A DNA stretch of 52,056 bases from contig CAZFKU010000004.1 of NCBI GenBank assembly GCA_964518835.1, forward strand, positions 1 to 52,056. The letters are read 5' to 3'. The notes under the pieces were generated by a model, which saw only the letters and a list, made by a program, of their open reading frames with translations, was not told the origin of the DNA and ran no database searches. Of this stretch, positions 49,334-52,056 are shown in pieces. This DNA comes from an uncultured bacterium. Lineage in GTDB: Bacteria > Fidelibacterota > Marinisomatia > Marinisomatales > AB-629-J13. Within the stretch, counting starts at the first letter, position 1; each line of letters begins with the position of its first letter. The translations under genes and the position numbers were made by a program.

Positions 49334-49813
49334 GTGAATAAAATGGAAAGTTTAAATAAAAATATTGTCATCCGGTTAGGAGATATAACCGACCTTGATA
49401 CGATTATTGTAAACAATATTAAAATGGCTCTGGAAACAGAAAATAAAATATTGAGTCAATCCATCATTCGTAATGGAGTTGAGGAAGTGTTGAATCACTC
49501 TAACCTGGGATGGTATTATTTGGCTGAAATTGAAGGGAATAATGCCGGACAACTCATGATTACAAGGGAATGGTCCGATTGGAGAAATGGATATTTCTGG
49601 TGGATACAATCCGTTTTTGTAAAAAAAGATTATAGACAAAAAGGAGTTTACTCTTCACTACATAAACATGTTTTAGAAAGAGCCAAAAAAATAGGCGCTG
49701 TGGGAGTCAGGCTGTATGTGGACGGGCAAAATAAAAATGCCCGAACGATCTATGAACAATTGGGAATGAAAAACTCAAATTACCTGTTTTATGAGGACGA
49801 CTGGTCTGAATGA
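49334..49813 (+). CDS. GNAT-family N-acetyltransferase (start may be ATG 49343)
   Basis: EWSDWRNG..WWIQSV.V...YR.KGV, RLYV...N..A...Y..LGM. Confidence 0.88.
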   Translation: MNKMESLNKNIVIRLGDITDLDTIIVNNIKMALETENKILSQSIIRNGVEEVLNHSNLGWYYLAEIEGNNAGQLMITREWSDWRNGYFWWIQSVFVKKDYRQKGVYSSLHKHVLERAKKIGAVGVRLYVDGQNKNARTIYEQLGMKNSNYLFYEDDWSE

Positions 49814-50781
49814 TTAATCCTGTAAAAATCGGGAATATTGATATTGAGTTCCCGGTTTTTCTGGCACCGATGGCGGGAGTAACAGATCATTCTTTCCGGA
49901 TTTTGTGCAAAGAGATGGGAGCAGGAGTAGTGTATTCTGAGTTTGTATCTGCACATGGAATCATTCGGGAAAATGAAAAAACTCTTGAAATGATTCGATT
50001 TACAGAGGCGGAACGACCCATCGGCATTCAAATATTCGGGGATTCTCCTGATGTGATGGCGAAAGCAGCACGAATGGTGTCAGACAAATTCCAACCAGAT
50101 ATCATTGATATCAATTACGGTTGTCCCGTACCAAAAGTGACGAAAAAAGGTGCTGGTTCTGCAGCGCTTAAAGACCTTTGTCTCATGGATGATATCACCT
50201 CTGCAGTGGTAGAATCAGTTCCGGAATTGCCTGTAACAGTGAAAATGAGAGCAGGTTGGAGCAGTGATAAACTTGTATCAACCGAAGCCGGACCCCGGCT
50301 TGAAAAACTGGGTGTGAAAGCCATTGCTCTACATCCCCGGACTACAAAACAAAGTTACACAGGAAATGCAAATTGGGAACTCATTAAAGAACTGAAAAAT
50401 GCAGTATCTATTCCAGTTATCGGAAATGGGGATATAAAATCTTCAAATGATGTAGTAAGGATGTTTAATGAGACCGAATGTGATGCAGTGATGGTTGCAA
50501 GAGCTTCTTTAGGAAATCCATGGTTTTTTAAAGAAACAAAGGCATATTTAAATGGGTCTTCCCTTCCGGAAAATCCCTCAGTTAAAGAAAGAGTAAATAC
50601 CTGTCGTCGTCACATGGAACTGCTTATCCAAACTCGAGGGGTTCATACCGGAACCAACCTCATGCGGAAACATTTTGGATGGTATATAAAAGGATTTGAA
50701 GGAGCGGGAAAAATTCGCAAGGAACTTGTGACAAGTAAGAATTCAGAGGAGATGGTGAACTTACTTAATGGGATAATCTAA
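49810..50781 (+). CDS. dusB: tRNA-dihydrouridine synthase B
   Basis: LAPMAGVTD..FR, IDIN.GCP..KV...GAGSA, KMR.G, H.RT, GNGDI, GNPW.F. Confidence 0.93.
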   Translation: MINPVKIGNIDIEFPVFLAPMAGVTDHSFRILCKEMGAGVVYSEFVSAHGIIRENEKTLEMIRFTEAERPIGIQIFGDSPDVMAKAARMVSDKFQPDIIDINYGCPVPKVTKKGAGSAALKDLCLMDDITSAVVESVPELPVTVKMRAGWSSDKLVSTEAGPRLEKLGVKAIALHPRTTKQSYTGNANWELIKELKNAVSIPVIGNGDIKSSNDVVRMFNETECDAVMVARASLGNPWFFKETKAYLNGSSLPENPSVKERVNTCRRHMELLIQTRGVHTGTNLMRKHFGWYIKGFEGAGKIRKELVTSKNSEEMVNLLNGII

Positions 50782-50846
50782 ATATTATACTAAATTAATC
50801 AAACATTTTTACAAGGAGGTGAGTAATATTCCCCTACAAATTCTAT

Positions 50847-50874
50847 TGCGCAAAGGGTGGGATTCGAACCCTCG
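50847..50874 (-). repeat. Degenerate copy of the tRNA-Ser(GGA) 3' end (att-like direct repeat)
   Basis: tgcgcaaagggtgggattcgaaccctcg versus tgcggagagggagggattcgaaccctcg at 51865-51892: 25/28 identical, same orientation. Confidence 0.85.
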
Positions 50875-50984
50875 ATATAGTGGATTGTTAAAGTCTTGTT
50901 TCAAAATTATAAAAAGAAAGTATAAAAAAAATCACCACTATACGCAATCAATTTTTTATTTATAATTTTTGTTCAGGTTTTCTG

Positions 50985-51785
50985 TTATTTCAGAATTATT
51001 TCTGTTTGTTCTTTCACGAATTTAAGTAAAAGTGGTAAGCCGGGTTCAACCATATTATGTCCATATCCATCAAGTTCATAAATAATTGTATTTGGATGAC
51101 CCGTCAGTTTCATCATTCTAGCCATATATGCGTTTTCTTCATATCTACCCAATAATTCTAAATCCCTGTTGCCGGTAATTATAATGTAGGGTGGTGCATT
51201 ATTTCGGACATGATATAGGGGTGCCATCGAATCTACGATAACTTTATTTCTATCTGTAATTCCCATCTCTTCCCTAACGGTAAAATGGGTTATAGTATGT
51301 CCACTAAATGGAATCAATCCTGCTATTACATCTGCATCAATCCTATGTGCCATCAACCAAGATTTATCCAAACCCAACATACTCGTTAAATATCCCCCTG
51401 CTGAATGTCCAGATACAAAAATCAATTCTTGGTTTCCACCATAATCCTTAATGTTTTTAAAAGTCCATGCAACTGCCGCTGCAGCATCTGAAATTACTTG
51501 TTTGGTTGAAACATCAGGAAAAAATCTATAATTAGCACTAACAATTGCTATCTCTTGATTTTTTAATCTATCTGCAATGTATTTACTTCCTCGTTTTAAT
51601 CCTCCAGCATGAAACCAAACAATAGTTGAAAAATTTTCTTTATTTTGCGGATAATAAATATCCAATAAACACCTTTCATTATTGAAATCATCATAATATG
51701 GTATATTTTCTTCAAGTTGATAAGTCGTTTGACCATTTACCAACCCAATTATTAGTAATAATAATAAATATCTATGCATTTTCAT
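50985..51785 (-). CDS. Secreted alpha/beta-hydrolase (HSL-like carboxylesterase)
   Basis: Signal peptide, LDIY.P, FHAGG oxyanion motif, GHSAGG nucleophile elbow, C-terminal GH. Confidence 0.9.
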   Translation of the reverse strand: MKMHRYLLLLLIIGLVNGQTTYQLEENIPYYDDFNNERCLLDIYYPQNKENFSTIVWFHAGGLKRGSKYIADRLKNQEIAIVSANYRFFPDVSTKQVISDAAAAVAWTFKNIKDYGGNQELIFVSGHSAGGYLTSMLGLDKSWLMAHRIDADVIAGLIPFSGHTITHFTVREEMGITDRNKVIVDSMAPLYHVRNNAPPYIIITGNRDLELLGRYEENAYMARMMKLTGHPNTIIYELDGYGHNMVEPGLPLLLKFVKEQTEIILK

Positions 51786-51866
51786 ATCTACTTATTCCAC
51801 AAGGAAAAATCTCCTCAACTTACCCCATCCCCACTTTTTTCCATTGTTTTATTACAGAATGTCATG

Positions 51867-51953
51867 CGGAGAGGGAGGGATTCGAACCCTCGTTACACGT
51901 TAATGTAAACACGCTTTCCAAGCGTGCGCCTTCAGCCACTCGGCCACCTCTCC
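51867..51953 (-). tRNA. tRNA-Ser(GGA), CCA not encoded
   Basis: GGAGAGG/CCTCTCC acceptor stem, G discriminator, CACGC-TTGGAAA-GCGTG anticodon arm, long variable arm, GGTTCGAATCC. Confidence 0.97.
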
Positions 51954-52003
51954 TGAAAATTTTTTATGAACCTGGAATCTTGCTAATAAAAAAAAATTAA
52001 ATG

Positions 52004-52056
52004 CGGAGGGGGAGGGATTTGAACCCCCGATGCCCAAAGGACATGCCGGTTTTCAA
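52004..52056 (-). tRNA. tRNA-Ser(TGA), 5' part cut off by the window edge; CCA not encoded
   Basis: Reverse complement TTGAAAACCGG-CATGTCCTTTGGGCAT (long variable arm)-CGGGGGTTCAAATCCCTCCCCCTCCG. Confidence 0.9.

Noticed and set aside
50819-50965. 48-codon open frame starting at GTG after dusB
   Set aside because: The GTG lies inside the SD motif itself, the frame crosses the tRNA remnant, and there are no protein features.
51698-52000. 100-aa plus-strand ORF
   Set aside because: It is antisense to tRNA-Ser(GGA); AEREGFEPS is the typical translation of a reverse tRNA.
1-52056. CRISPR arrays, transposases, prophage or defence genes
   Set aside because: I saw no regularly spaced repeats, and nearly all long ORFs are housekeeping or envelope genes.

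Overview
A 52 kb AT-rich (roughly 35% GC by eye) stretch of bacterial core chromosome. The gene content points to the FCB superphylum (Bat operon, PorV-like barrel, FCB-style S16/omega/L28); Ca. Marinimicrobia is my tentative guess. Both ends fall inside tRNA genes. The left 31 kb is entirely minus-strand: ffh-rpsP-khpA-rimM-trmD-rplS, MFS-selA-selB-mutS-PorV-like, yicC-gmk-rpoZ-udg-dnaB-rel-ruvX-lnt-hyp-truA-htrA-psd-pssA-DUF4321-tatA, batA-E, a SPOR protein and tRNA-Ala. Divergent from it are a RodZ-like gene and a dcw cluster from mraZ to ftsZ (no ddl), then rpmB, a GNAT, dusB, a secreted esterase and two tRNA-Ser genes. I see no CRISPR array, prophage or transposase, and no clearly new multi-gene system. 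The most unusual signals are: (1) a 372-aa ribosomal protein S16 with a 257-residue tail that is about 49% Asp/Glu; (2) strong over-representation of the palindrome CCGG; (3) a one-gene mini-island at tRNA-Ser(GGA), bounded by a 25/28 copy of the tRNA 3' end; (4) an MFS transporter heading selAB; (5) a canonical EF-hand loop inside a PorV-like barrel.
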